DNA of 32,955 nucleotides, from contig CAZCRK010000014.1 of NCBI GenBank assembly GCA_964501035.1, forward strand, positions 1 to 32,955, given 5' to 3'. Both the position numbers and the translations under genes were made by a program. Shown piece by piece: positions 9,886 through 19,241 of the stretch. Positions within the stretch are counted from its first letter, which is position 1; every line of letters starts with the position of its first letter. Under the pieces are notes generated by a model. That model was not told where the DNA came from and did no database searches. It saw only the letters and a program-made list of their open reading frames with translations.

Positions 9886-10550
9886 TGTTTAAACAAATCT
9901 TCGAATTATTTCAATCAAATAGCTTGTACGAACAAGCATTAAGCGAATGTCATGAAATGCTAGATATTGATTTAACAATGTTTAAAGCATCTATTGAATC
10001 ACTTAGAAATTCTGATTCAGCAGATATCCCAATTGATATCTATGAAATGGATAAAAAAATCAATTCATTTGAAAGGGATGTCCGACGAAAAATCATGACA
10101 CACTTAGCCATTAGCGGAACCAGTGATTTAGGATCTGGATTAATTTTAGTAAGTGTTGTTATTGATATTGAACGAATTGGCGATTATTCTAAAAACATTT
10201 ATGATTTAGCAGTCAATAATCCCAAAAGATTAAGTGGTTCAAGTTTAGAAAAAAGGTTGGTAGAAATTGAAAATAATTCAACTGAGTTATTTGAAAATAC
10301 AATTACAGCTTTTAAATCACAAGATATTGAACGTGCTCGAGAGCTAATGACATCGTATAAAACAGATGTTTCATCACAATGTGATGCCATTACTAATGAT
10401 ATTATTTCTGGTAAAATTGGTGACTTAGATTCTAATCAAGGTGCTTCGATAGCATTGTATGCACGCTACTTAAAACGTATCTGTGCTCATTCAAGGAATC
10501 TAATTTCATCTGTTGTAAATCCATTTGAAAGAATTGGATATCCAGAATAA
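9885..10550 (+). CDS. phoU: PhoU-domain protein
   Basis: DKKINSFERDVRR, DIERIGDYSKNI and RYLKRICAHSRN repeats; TAATG coupling to the symporter. Confidence 0.8.
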   Translation: MFKQIFELFQSNSLYEQALSECHEMLDIDLTMFKASIESLRNSDSADIPIDIYEMDKKINSFERDVRRKIMTHLAISGTSDLGSGLILVSVVIDIERIGDYSKNIYDLAVNNPKRLSGSSLEKRLVEIENNSTELFENTITAFKSQDIERARELMTSYKTDVSSQCDAITNDIISGKIGDLDSNQGASIALYARYLKRICAHSRNLISSVVNPFERIGYPE

Positions 10551-10573
10551 ATTTTGTTGATATAACGATGTAC

Positions 10574-10602
10574 AAAAAAGCCCGTTAGAACCGGGCTTTT
10601 TT
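10574..10602. terminator. Bidirectional Rho-independent terminator between convergent phoU and glutamine synthetase genes
   Basis: AAAAAAGCCCG-TTAGAAC-CGGGCTTTTTT, a perfect inverted repeat. Confidence 0.92.
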
Positions 10603-10622
10603 ATTTAATCTGATATTACAGT

Positions 10623-11633
10623 TTAACCGCAAATAGTTTCAAGTAATGCAGCACATACTTCATACGGATCCATATTAGCGGATGGTCGTCTATCCTCTAA
10701 ATAACCAAATCCATCATTTGCAGTTGCCATAGGAATTCGAATAGATGCTCCCCTATCACTCACACCATATCTAAAATCACTAATACTACATGTTTCATGT
10801 AAACCTGTTAATCGTTCTTCATTATGTGCGCCATACAGAGCGATGTGTTTATCATGGGCTTCCCCTAACGCTTCACAAGCTTTGGTTATCACATCCATGC
10901 CACCCATTTCTCGCATTGATTTTGTACTAAAGTTTGTATGTGCACCTGCACCATTCCAATCACCTGTAACTGGTTTTGGATGCAATGTTGCACTTACACC
11001 ATAATCTTCACCCAATCTATACAATAACCACCGTGCTATCCACAATTCATCCGAAACTTCAAGTGGTCCTAATGGTCCAATTTGGAATTCCCATTGTCCT
11101 GGCATAACTTCAGCATTTATACCGGAAATTAAAATCCCAGCACGAACACAAGCTTCCATATGTTCTTCTACTAAATCTCTACCAAACACTTCATCTGCAC
11201 CGACCCCGCAATAAAACGGACCTTGTGGAGCTGGATAACCACCATCAGGCCATCCCAGTGGAGATCGTCCTTGAAATAAAGTATATTCTTGTTCAATTCC
11301 AAACCATGATTCTTGGCTTTTGTGTTTTTCTGCTAGTACACGTAGTTTTGCACGTGTGTTTGATATATGAGGTGAACCATCTGCATTCATTACTTCACAC
11401 ATAACCAATATATGGTCGCCTCCGCGGATTGGGTCTGGTACAAAGTAAACTGGTTTCAACATACAATCGCTATCCCCACCTTCAGCTTGCATTGTACTTG
11501 AACCATCAAATCCCCAATCTGGTATTTGAGAAACGTCATTTACTGGTCCTTCAAATACTTTGGTTTTAGAACGTAGTTTTGATGTAGGTCTGTGACCATC
11601 CATCCATATATATTCTGCTTTTATCATTCCCAT
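10623..11633 (-). CDS. glnII: Glutamine synthetase type II (eukaryote-like GSII)
   Basis: 336 aa; AEYIWMDG, LRSKTK, WGFDGSST.QA.G.DSD, WFGIEQEY, PQGPFYCGVG, INAEVMPGQWEFQIGP, GDWNGAGAHTNFST and RLTGLHET motifs. Confidence 0.92.
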   Translation of the reverse strand: MGMIKAEYIWMDGHRPTSKLRSKTKVFEGPVNDVSQIPDWGFDGSSTMQAEGGDSDCMLKPVYFVPDPIRGGDHILVMCEVMNADGSPHISNTRAKLRVLAEKHKSQESWFGIEQEYTLFQGRSPLGWPDGGYPAPQGPFYCGVGADEVFGRDLVEEHMEACVRAGILISGINAEVMPGQWEFQIGPLGPLEVSDELWIARWLLYRLGEDYGVSATLHPKPVTGDWNGAGAHTNFSTKSMREMGGMDVITKACEALGEAHDKHIALYGAHNEERLTGLHETCSISDFRYGVSDRGASIRIPMATANDGFGYLEDRRPSANMDPYEVCAALLETICG

Positions 11634-11656
11634 GCTTTTTCTCCCTTTGTGATGAT

Positions 11657-12127
11657 TTAGTTTACTTTTGTTTCAAGATCTATATCTATTGTGTTCATAT
11701 CCTTGTATGAAGATAGAATAAGTTGGGTTTCTGTTCGAATAACTCCAGGCCAACTTTGAACTTGCCGTAATAATTGTTCTAATGTATGTGTGTTTTTAGT
11801 TCGAGCAATAAGGATATGTGAACCATTACCTGTTGTAGTAAAACATTGTGTTATTTCATTACTCTTTTTTACATTTTCAATAACTTCATTATAATGCTCT
11901 GAGGATTCTGAAACTACCGTAATTAATGCGCCTACATCCAAGCCCACTTTTCGTGGATTAACGACTGCCTGATATCCTAGTATTATATTTGATTCTTGGA
12001 GTTTACGAATTCGTTCAGCTACTGCAGGCACGGACATTCCAATTGCTTCAGCAATATGACTAGCAGTATCTCGCCCCTTTGTTTGAAGAATGTCTAATAT
12101 TTTTTTATCTGTTTTGTCTAAATGCAT
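11657..12127 (-). CDS. Lrp/AsnC-family transcriptional regulator
   Basis: N-terminal HTH LDKTDKKILDILQ...IGMSVPAVAERIRKL and a C-terminal RAM domain. Confidence 0.92.
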   Translation of the reverse strand: MHLDKTDKKILDILQTKGRDTASHIAEAIGMSVPAVAERIRKLQESNIILGYQAVVNPRKVGLDVGALITVVSESSEHYNEVIENVKKSNEITQCFTTTGNGSHILIARTKNTHTLEQLLRQVQSWPGVIRTETQLILSSYKDMNTIDIDLETKVN

Positions 12128-12250
12128 AATAGTTTAATTTGTTCAATACCTAATATTATTAACTATAATATAAGTATTGCAATATATTTTTATCAAACTT
12201 AATAATATACTGACTTTTATTAGCTATTTAGAAATTGTACAATAAAATGT

Positions 12251-12967
12251 TTATTTAATCTTTATATAATCTATGTATGCTTTTGATTTTTCACCTGTAT
12301 TGTCGGTATCAGTCATTATTGCTAAGCTAGCTTTTTTTGGAGGGTCTTCGCCAAATGCAAGCCTATAATCCTTCAGGATATTTACTTGTTCAATCAACCA
12401 TTTGTTTGCATTTTCGTTTCCTGATTCAACAATAAACATTTGAGCTTTTTCTGTAAATGGGTTCGATAGAAAATTAACTTTATGATTTTTATTTGCCCAT
12501 ATATAATTCAAACTACTCATTGGAGGATACTCACCGTATAACAGTTTTAGAGATTCATACATTATAGATTCAAGAAATCCAGCTCTTTTTGCATCATATT
12601 CAAATATTATATAAATTCTAAGTGCATAGTCATCACCAGATTTTTTTCGTGCATTTCCTTTTTCAAGGATGTTTTCAATTTTCCAAGACCATTCAATTTC
12701 AGGAGTTTCAAATGGGTTAAATGTATTTTTCCAAATTAATCCAGATGCAGATGAATCACTTATTGCCATTAGTACATTGCTATTTTCGTTTTCAATTATA
12801 GAGTATTGAGACCATCTATCAATTTTATTAAAATGGAGAGGTTTCCATTGATCAAGATTGTCGAAATCTTCCAAAAAGAAATTTTGACCAAATAAAAATG
12901 AACTAGCTATAACTAATAGGGGAGTAACAAAAAAAATTCTTAAACAGAAAATTCTAATTATTTTCAC
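12251..12967 (-). CDS. DUF3047-family exported protein
   Basis: Hydrophobic N-terminus; WSWK, KSGDDYALRIYI.F, LNYIWAN, DYRLAFGEDPP and IMTDTDNTG motifs. Confidence 0.8.
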   Translation of the reverse strand: MKIIRIFCLRIFFVTPLLVIASSFLFGQNFFLEDFDNLDQWKPLHFNKIDRWSQYSIIENENSNVLMAISDSSASGLIWKNTFNPFETPEIEWSWKIENILEKGNARKKSGDDYALRIYIIFEYDAKRAGFLESIMYESLKLLYGEYPPMSSLNYIWANKNHKVNFLSNPFTEKAQMFIVESGNENANKWLIEQVNILKDYRLAFGEDPPKKASLAIMTDTDNTGEKSKAYIDYIKIK

Positions 12968-14516
12968 TTATGATTACATTTACTAGCAAAACTATATCTA
13001 GTACATCTAATGCACCATCAGAGTTTAAATCACCAGCATCAAATTCTAAAGAACTTGGAGAGTCAATTATTACTACAAAATTTACCAAAATGACTATATC
13101 TTGAACATTAATTGTACCATCATTATTTAAATCGCCAGATAAATAGGATTCATTTTCTTCAGATAAAACAGATGCAGCATTATAAATATTTAGCCTACCA
13201 CCGCTAACGGTTATTGATTCTAAACTGGGGAGAATATCTACAGTTTCAAACATCGTATCTCGAATAAATATTGCGGTACCTGCAGGGTCATCTTTGTATT
13301 GTTGAGCAATTTCTTGTGAAGCAGCAGAGTGTAATAAACCAATTGCACCAGCTACATGGGGAGTTGCCATTGAAGTTCCTGTATATGAACAGCTAACACC
13401 ATTTCCATTTACTGTACTGCAAATACTTGTTCCTGGAGCACCTAAATCAATAGTTTCAGCGCCATATCCTGCATTTCCATACTTTTCATCCATTCGATTT
13501 GTATTTGTTACTGATACCATGTATTCACTTGAGCAACCGGTTGGAACATCACCAATATTGTCCACATTTTGATTGCCATTAATTGTTGCAGCGGCACTTA
13601 ATATTCCTACTTCCCCCATCGAATTGTATAAATCATTCCACACTGGATATTGCCCAGAATTACAGTTCGCATAATCAATTCCAAAACTACTATTAGTAGC
13701 AACAACATTTGCTCCAAATTCACCATCAGATTCCAAGTACAACGATTTTTGGTCCAAAACATATCCATAAGCAATGCTTACAACCGATGTTGAACTGGTT
13801 GAGCCTGCTATAGCCATTATTTTTACATCCCAGTTCACACCTACTACATCAGTAGAATTATCCCCCTTTGCGCCAATTGTACCAGAAACATGTGTTCCAT
13901 GATTATTTGAAGGGATACTACTATCATTTGAATATGCATCCCAACCATTCACATCATCAACATAACCATTGTTGTCATCATCAATACCATTTCCAGGAAT
14001 TTCATTTTCATTAACCCAAATATTATCGACCAAATCTTCGTGATTAATATCTACTCCACCATCAATAACTGCCACTACAATTTCTTCACCAAGAGCCGTC
14101 AATCCTCCTGTTGTAATATCCCAAGCTTCTGGGGCATCAATATCTGCATCTGCAACTGATCCTGCCCCACCTTCATTATGCATATCCCACATTTGGGGGA
14201 AAATTGGATCGTTCGGAAATAATCTTTCATTCACTTTATGATCAAATTGTGCATATATAATTTCATCCATTTTTCTGAGTTCAGAAAGTGCAATATCCAA
14301 GTTTTCATATCGATTATCTTCAAGTTTGACAAGATAAATATTTAGTTTTCGAACTAATTTTTTATCCAAAGAAAACCCGAAATCAGATAATAAACTTTTT
14401 ACATTTCCAATTTGATACTTTGGATTAACTTTGGCAATAAATTGATCTTCAATGACTGTATCTAAATTAACAGCAAGTAACGTGGTAATATACAATGTAA
14501 CTAAAATTTTCTTCAT
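12954..14516 (-). CDS. Secreted S8 (subtilisin-like) serine protease with C-terminal dockerin-like domain
   Basis: Signal peptide and prodomain; catalytic triad VIDGG / HGTHVSG / GTSMATPHVAG; C-terminal duplicated GDLN.DG...V.DIV motif. Confidence 0.92.
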   Translation of the reverse strand: MKKILVTLYITTLLAVNLDTVIEDQFIAKVNPKYQIGNVKSLLSDFGFSLDKKLVRKLNIYLVKLEDNRYENLDIALSELRKMDEIIYAQFDHKVNERLFPNDPIFPQMWDMHNEGGAGSVADADIDAPEAWDITTGGLTALGEEIVVAVIDGGVDINHEDLVDNIWVNENEIPGNGIDDDNNGYVDDVNGWDAYSNDSSIPSNNHGTHVSGTIGAKGDNSTDVVGVNWDVKIMAIAGSTSSTSVVSIAYGYVLDQKSLYLESDGEFGANVVATNSSFGIDYANCNSGQYPVWNDLYNSMGEVGILSAAATINGNQNVDNIGDVPTGCSSEYMVSVTNTNRMDEKYGNAGYGAETIDLGAPGTSICSTVNGNGVSCSYTGTSMATPHVAGAIGLLHSAASQEIAQQYKDDPAGTAIFIRDTMFETVDILPSLESITVSGGRLNIYNAASVLSEENESYLSGDLNNDGTINVQDIVILVNFVVIIDSPSSLEFDAGDLNSDGALDVLDIVLLVNVIISENN

Positions 14517-14825
14517 ATTTTTTCCTCTAAGTAGTAAGTATTAAACAAATGAACATGAAAAATTAACTCTAATTTTATACATTTATAGCAATTCATATGT
14601 AACAGCTTGTAAAGACGAACTTCCTTTAATATTCGTTGATATTTTTTTACTTTCAGACCTTTCATTTATTATTTTTTATCCATTAATCAACTACATTAGA
14701 TTATGAGTTCTAGCTTAAATTGAAATGTCGTCTAATTGACAAAATTGATTGATAATTGACTTTTTTAATATGTGTATATTTAGCTAATTGTATTTATTAT
14801 GAATTTAAAACAAAAAGCAGGAATT

Positions 14826-15170
14826 ATGATGATTTTATACCACAATCCAAATTGAAGTAAAAGTAGAGAATCCGTGAAGATTCTAGAAGAAAACAATGTT
14901 AGTTTTGAAATTGTCCTCTATTTAAAAACACCACCAACTTCGAGTGAGTTGAAAACATTAGGTGAAAAAATGGGACTCAGACCAAAAGAATTTATTCGAA
15001 AAAAGGAAACAGAATTCAAAGAGCAAGAACTTTCAAAATTTTTGGAAGATGATGACGCCCTGTTTGAATCAATGAGCAAATATCCAAAATTAATTGAACG
15101 CCCAATTGCTGTAAACAAAAACAAAGCTGTTCTATGTCGACCTCCTGTGCGAATTTTGGATATTATTTGA
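14826..15170 (+). CDS. arsC: ArsC/Spx-family (glutaredoxin-type) arsenate reductase, predicted selenoprotein (Sec at TGA 14853-14855)
   Basis: AGGA RBS and ATG at 14826 give MMILYHNPN-(TGA)-SKSRES in frame with the 14874 ORF; this matches the HNPxCSKSR active-site motif; ERPI and RPP motifs are present; 114 aa in total. Confidence 0.85.
14867..14884 (+). promoter_or_regulatory. Candidate bacterial SECIS hairpin
   Basis: Stem AGAATC/GATTCT with loop CGTGAA (G at loop position 2 followed by U); the loop starts 17 nt after the UGA. Confidence 0.65.
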
Positions 15171-15171
15171 T

Positions 15172-15625
15172 TTGACCATCAAACCTATCCATAGTACTAA
15201 TCATTTAGAAATTTCAAATATTGTAAAAAGAACTCTCGAGTTGGTTTGATACTGAAGGAATCAAATCAATTACAACTGATTTAAATTTTCAAACAGGATT
15301 TATTGCACAAGAATCAAATGATATTATAGGATTTCTAACTTATTTTGTTTACGAGGCAATTGGGAATATTAGTTGGATGGGAGTAAGGCTAAAGCACCAA
15401 AGAAAAAACGTTGGGTCAATGTTACTTAATGCATTTGAAAAAGAAATGATGGGTAAAAATATTTCTAATATTCAAGTCTATACCCTTGGCGATTCTGTCG
15501 ATTATAAACCCTATGAGCAAAAAAGAAATTTTTACTACAAAAATGGATTCAAAGAATATAGTAGAATAAAAACCAGCAATAAATCATGCCCTAAGGAACT
15601 CTTTTTACGCAAGAATTTAGTTTAA
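15172..15625 (+). pseudogene. GNAT-family N-acetyltransferase split by a frameshift in the A5 run at 15225-15229
   Basis: TTG at 15172 gives MTIKPIHSTNHLEISNIVK; removing one A continues as ELSSWFDTEGI...IIGFL...SWMGV...HQRKNVGSMLL...NFYYKNGF (GNAT motifs A/B); 150 aa when repaired. Confidence 0.7.
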
Positions 15626-15653
15626 TGTAATCTAAATAATTAGAAGGTAGCAA

Positions 15654-17357
15654 CTACCGTTTTATTCGCAAACCCTTATCTTCATTAATAAAAATCCACG
15701 ATGCAATTTTGCCAATATCAAATGAATTGTCAATATCCCAATATTGAATCCCATGATGGTATCGTGAACTTGAATCGTCCGTTGGCAATGAATCAACTTC
15801 TGAAAGAATTTGTCTAATTCTATGTTGCCATAATGCAATATTTGTTTCGCGTAAATCTACCCATCCAGCATAGGTCCATTTTTCCATTTCTGTACTATTC
15901 AAATCAATTGATGAACGTCCCAATTGTGTTGGTATTTTAACCACAGGACCACGGAGTATTTTATCACCATCAGCAAGTAAAATTGGAAGACCAATAGAAA
16001 TTATTTGAGATCTAATCTGGCTATTTTCTGCAATTTCATCATTTAACTTTTGAGTTAATTCTTCTGGTGTAAATTCAAGAATTTGCTTCATATTTTCACA
16101 TACTAATTTTAACAAATGTGCTTCATACAAAATTTTGGAAAGTCTTGGTGGCCCCAAAATCTCAAAAGCAACAGATTCTATATTGTTTTCTTTTTGTAGT
16201 TGTTTCATCTCTTTAATTGCTTGATGACGCATATACCCAGCTCTATAGGTGGGGCCTATAATTGCATTATCAAGAGCATTAATGATATCACGTCCGGTAT
16301 TATCTCCTTGAATTTCCATTATACTATTCGTGGCAATTTCTTCAGGAGTTACAAATTCCATTTGACCTGTTGATGTTATGGTTTCAAATTCGCCAAGTGA
16401 AAAAGTACCATTTTCACCCGTATCAATAAAAACAGATTTTAGAGTTTCACCGGTGTCTGTCCAATTACAGTTGCCCAGAAAATTAAATTCATTTTTAAGT
16501 AATTCTGCATCTTTCAAATCACAATCGAACAACTGAATAGCTTGACCATGTTTTTTTATCTCTCCACACCCAATTTTCTTCCAAGCAATTGCTGCTGCAG
16601 GTTTAATTTCTTTTACAATGGGCCCTTCTGGGGTCCTTCCCATTAAAAAGAGCAATAATGTATGAGCACCAGCAAGCGATGTTTTACTCAATAAAACTCT
16701 AGATGGTCTTTCTTCACTATGGGTATAGGGTATGTTAAGTCCCATTCCACCTGTACCAGTAGTGCCAATTTTTAAGTAAACACCTGTTTTATTTTCAACC
16801 ATACTTGCATGTAAAATTTGAATATGTCGTATAAGTTGAGGAATATACAAAGTTGTTAACATCCTTTCAATTTCTGATGTTAACCCTTCGGTTAAATTGT
16901 TATCTGTTTGGGCTTTGTTTAACTCCTGTTTTATGTTATAATAACCATTGTAAATATCTTGATAAGCCAATCCAGTCGCAGAATTAACCGAATCAATAAT
17001 CACATCGGGTTTATGTCTAGATATCACTTGGTTTAAAAACGATGATTCCATAACATGTTCATCAAATGCTTCCATGGCATCTTGCAAAAGAGATTGCCGG
17101 TGATTGCTATCTCCCATAATTTCAGAACGAGGTAAATCTTTCAAGCTTTCTCGAACAAAAATATTTCCCCATTCTGGTGTTAATGTAACACTGGGAGCTT
17201 CTTTTTTTAATTCTTCACAAGCTGATTTTGCTTCATGTTCTTGAAGTGAGAGTATGATTACTTCCTTAGGTTTGTGTACTACTAGCTTTCTAAGGATTGC
17301 CATTCCAACAAGACCCCATCCACCTAAAATCAGTATTTTTTTATCTGTAATATCCAT
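15654..17357 (-). CDS. Uncharacterised 567-aa NAD(P)-binding (Rossmann/SDR-like) oxidoreductase
   Basis: N-terminal ILILGGWGLVG dinucleotide-binding motif; PDVIIDSVN; GTTGTGGMGLNIPYTHSEERPS; GAGG RBS inside the upstream ptb. Confidence 0.65.
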   Translation of the reverse strand: MDITDKKILILGGWGLVGMAILRKLVVHKPKEVIILSLQEHEAKSACEELKKEAPSVTLTPEWGNIFVRESLKDLPRSEIMGDSNHRQSLLQDAMEAFDEHVMESSFLNQVISRHKPDVIIDSVNSATGLAYQDIYNGYYNIKQELNKAQTDNNLTEGLTSEIERMLTTLYIPQLIRHIQILHASMVENKTGVYLKIGTTGTGGMGLNIPYTHSEERPSRVLLSKTSLAGAHTLLLFLMGRTPEGPIVKEIKPAAAIAWKKIGCGEIKKHGQAIQLFDCDLKDAELLKNEFNFLGNCNWTDTGETLKSVFIDTGENGTFSLGEFETITSTGQMEFVTPEEIATNSIMEIQGDNTGRDIINALDNAIIGPTYRAGYMRHQAIKEMKQLQKENNIESVAFEILGPPRLSKILYEAHLLKLVCENMKQILEFTPEELTQKLNDEIAENSQIRSQIISIGLPILLADGDKILRGPVVKIPTQLGRSSIDLNSTEMEKWTYAGWVDLRETNIALWQHRIRQILSEVDSLPTDDSSSRYHHGIQYWDIDNSFDIGKIASWIFINEDKGLRIKR

Positions 17358-18189
17358 TTCTACCTCTTTTGAGCATCATCAAACTTAATGCTATTGAATT
17401 TAATTTTGTATCAATTATATCTGAGCGTGATAGTAAAACAATAGGGCATTTTGCACCCAAAATAATTCCGCCACCTTTGGATCCACCAAGGGACATCAAC
17501 GCTTTTACAATCATGTTTGATGCAGAAATTGATGGACCAATTAATACATCTGCTTCCCCAGAAATATGTGAGTGAATTCCTTTTTTCACAGATGCGTCTT
17601 GTGAAATAGCAATATCTAATGAAACTGGACCTTCGATATTAAACTCTTTGTGGTGTATGTAATTATTGCAAACTGAATATGCTAATTCCGTTTCAGGTAA
17701 TTTAGATGTCACTTTTTCCACTAAAGACAACAGAGCAATATTAGGCTTATCTATTTGCAATTGTTTACTTAACTCCAAACTGTTTTCTAATATCGACCCC
17801 ATGGTTTGTTCATCTAAGTGGGTGTTTACCCCTCCATCAGTAATTAACAAAAGTTTGTGGTACGTTGGTGACTCAACAACTGCAATATGTGATAATAATC
17901 TGTTTGTTTTTATTCCTTGTTCTGGTTTCAGCACTGCTTGTAGTAAAGTAGCGGTATCAACATCACCTTTCATGAGTAGCTGACAATCACCATTTCTAAC
18001 TGCATTTACAGCATTTTTAGAAGCTACTTCACTACTGCTGTGAGAAAATGAAATTGGTTCAATCCAACCCAGTTTAGTAGCTTCAAGTAAAGCAGTATTA
18101 ATATAATCACTGTTTGGATTTACAACAGCTAACCGAACAGATTTTGAATTTTCTAGTTGGGAATAAATGTTAGAATATGATATTATCAT
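17341..18189 (-). CDS. ptb: Phosphate butyryltransferase / phosphate acyltransferase (probable start 18189)
   Basis: LMKGDVDT..LL.AVL, LLSHIAV, TDGGVN, EGPVSLDIAIS and PIVLLSRSD motifs; ATGA overlap with the buk stop. Confidence 0.85.
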   Translation of the reverse strand: MIISYSNIYSQLENSKSVRLAVVNPNSDYINTALLEATKLGWIEPISFSHSSSEVASKNAVNAVRNGDCQLLMKGDVDTATLLQAVLKPEQGIKTNRLLSHIAVVESPTYHKLLLITDGGVNTHLDEQTMGSILENSLELSKQLQIDKPNIALLSLVEKVTSKLPETELAYSVCNNYIHHKEFNIEGPVSLDIAISQDASVKKGIHSHISGEADVLIGPSISASNMIVKALMSLGGSKGGGIILGAKCPIVLLSRSDIIDTKLNSIALSLMMLKRGRNGYYR

Positions 18190-19241
18190 GCTTGGTATGT
18201 TTTGCAAATATCAGGATTGTTTAACACGGCTAACCCACCTTCTACAAGTGCTTCTAGTTCAAATGAACCCGGGTACACAAAAATATTGGATATAAACGAA
18301 TTTTTCTGTTTTATCAATGATACAAAATTATCTGAATTACATAATCCCCCGGTCAAAATTAAACCTTCAATGTGACCATTTAAAGAAGCATACATGCCTC
18401 CTATTTCTTTTGTTATTTGATAAACCATTGCATTATATATCAATTTTGCTTGTTGATTTGATTCAATTTTGTTTTCTACTTGTCGTAAATCTCGAGTATT
18501 TATATATCCCATTAGTCCACTATTTTTTGACAATAATTCTTTTAATTCTGCTTCTTTTAACTTCTTTTTGAATACTAAATCAATTAGCCCTTGTAAAGGA
18601 ATTGAACCAGCGCGTTCAATTGAAAATGGTCCCATTCCTAACAAGGCATCATTCACATCAATAATTTTACTTTGGTTTACGGATGCAATAGAAAACCCAC
18701 TTCCCAAATGAGCTACAACAAATTTTCCGGAATTAATTGGGATATCTAATTCATTTTCTGTTTTTCTGACGCAATATTTTATGTTTAAAGCATGACTTCT
18801 ACTTTTTCGCTCTATTTTGGGAACACCAGATATTCGTGCCTCTGGAATAAAATCATCACTCGTTACTGGGTCAATTATAAACGATGGACATTGAAACATT
18901 GTTGAAATTCTTTCTGCTAAAATAGCACCTAAATTTGATGCATGATTTGAATATTTTTCAGAACGATAGTCAGAAAGCATCTCATTATTGATAGAATATA
19001 TCCCAGATGCTAATGGTTTAAGAGGCCCCCCTCTGCCGACAACACAATCTAATTGAGAAATTTCTTTTAAATGTGGAGCAATTAAGGAAAATCTGTATTG
19101 CTCTTGATATGATGGAATACGCGATAGTTTATCGTTAGTATGATCAATCTCTTCTCGCCAAATTTCAATATTATTTTCAAAATATCCAAATTCGGTACTT
19201 GTTGATCCTGGATTAATGGCTAAACAAAAGAAGGCGAACCT
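18186..19241 (-). CDS. buk: Butyrate (branched-chain carboxylate) kinase; the homologous frame extends well upstream of the annotated ATG, with no canonical start codon
   Basis: The open frame from 19241 reads RFAFFCLAINPGSTSTE...VVGRGGPLKPLASGIY...HASNLGA...IDPV...HALNIK...VAHLGSG.S...GPFSIERAG...ILTGG (about 351 codons). Confidence 0.85.
   Translation of the reverse strand, partial: RFAFFCLAINPGSTSTEFGYFENNIEIWREEIDHTNDKLSRIPSYQEQYRFSLIAPHLKEISQLDCVVGRGGPLKPLASGIYSINNEMLSDYRSEKYSNHASNLGAILAERISTMFQCPSFIIDPVTSDDFIPEARISGVPKIERKSRSHALNIKYCVRKTENELDIPINSGKFVVAHLGSGFSIASVNQSKIIDVNDALLGMGPFSIERAGSIPLQGLIDLVFKKKLKEAELKELLSKNSGLMGYINTRDLRQVENKIESNQQAKLIYNAMVYQITKEIGGMYASLNGHIEGLILTGGLCNSDNFVSLIKQKNSFISNIFVYPGSFELEALVEGGLAVLNNPDICKTYQA

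Noticed and set aside
14730..14762. AATTGA repeats upstream of the selenoprotein gene as a Fur/PerR box
   Set aside because: Irregular spacing and poor match to the consensus.
14853..14855. Genome-wide UGA reassignment (Trp/Gly) as the explanation for the in-frame TGA
   Set aside because: Other genes end at TGA at expected lengths with ATGA overlaps (7001, 7687, 18186), and this TGA aligns with a catalytic Cys.
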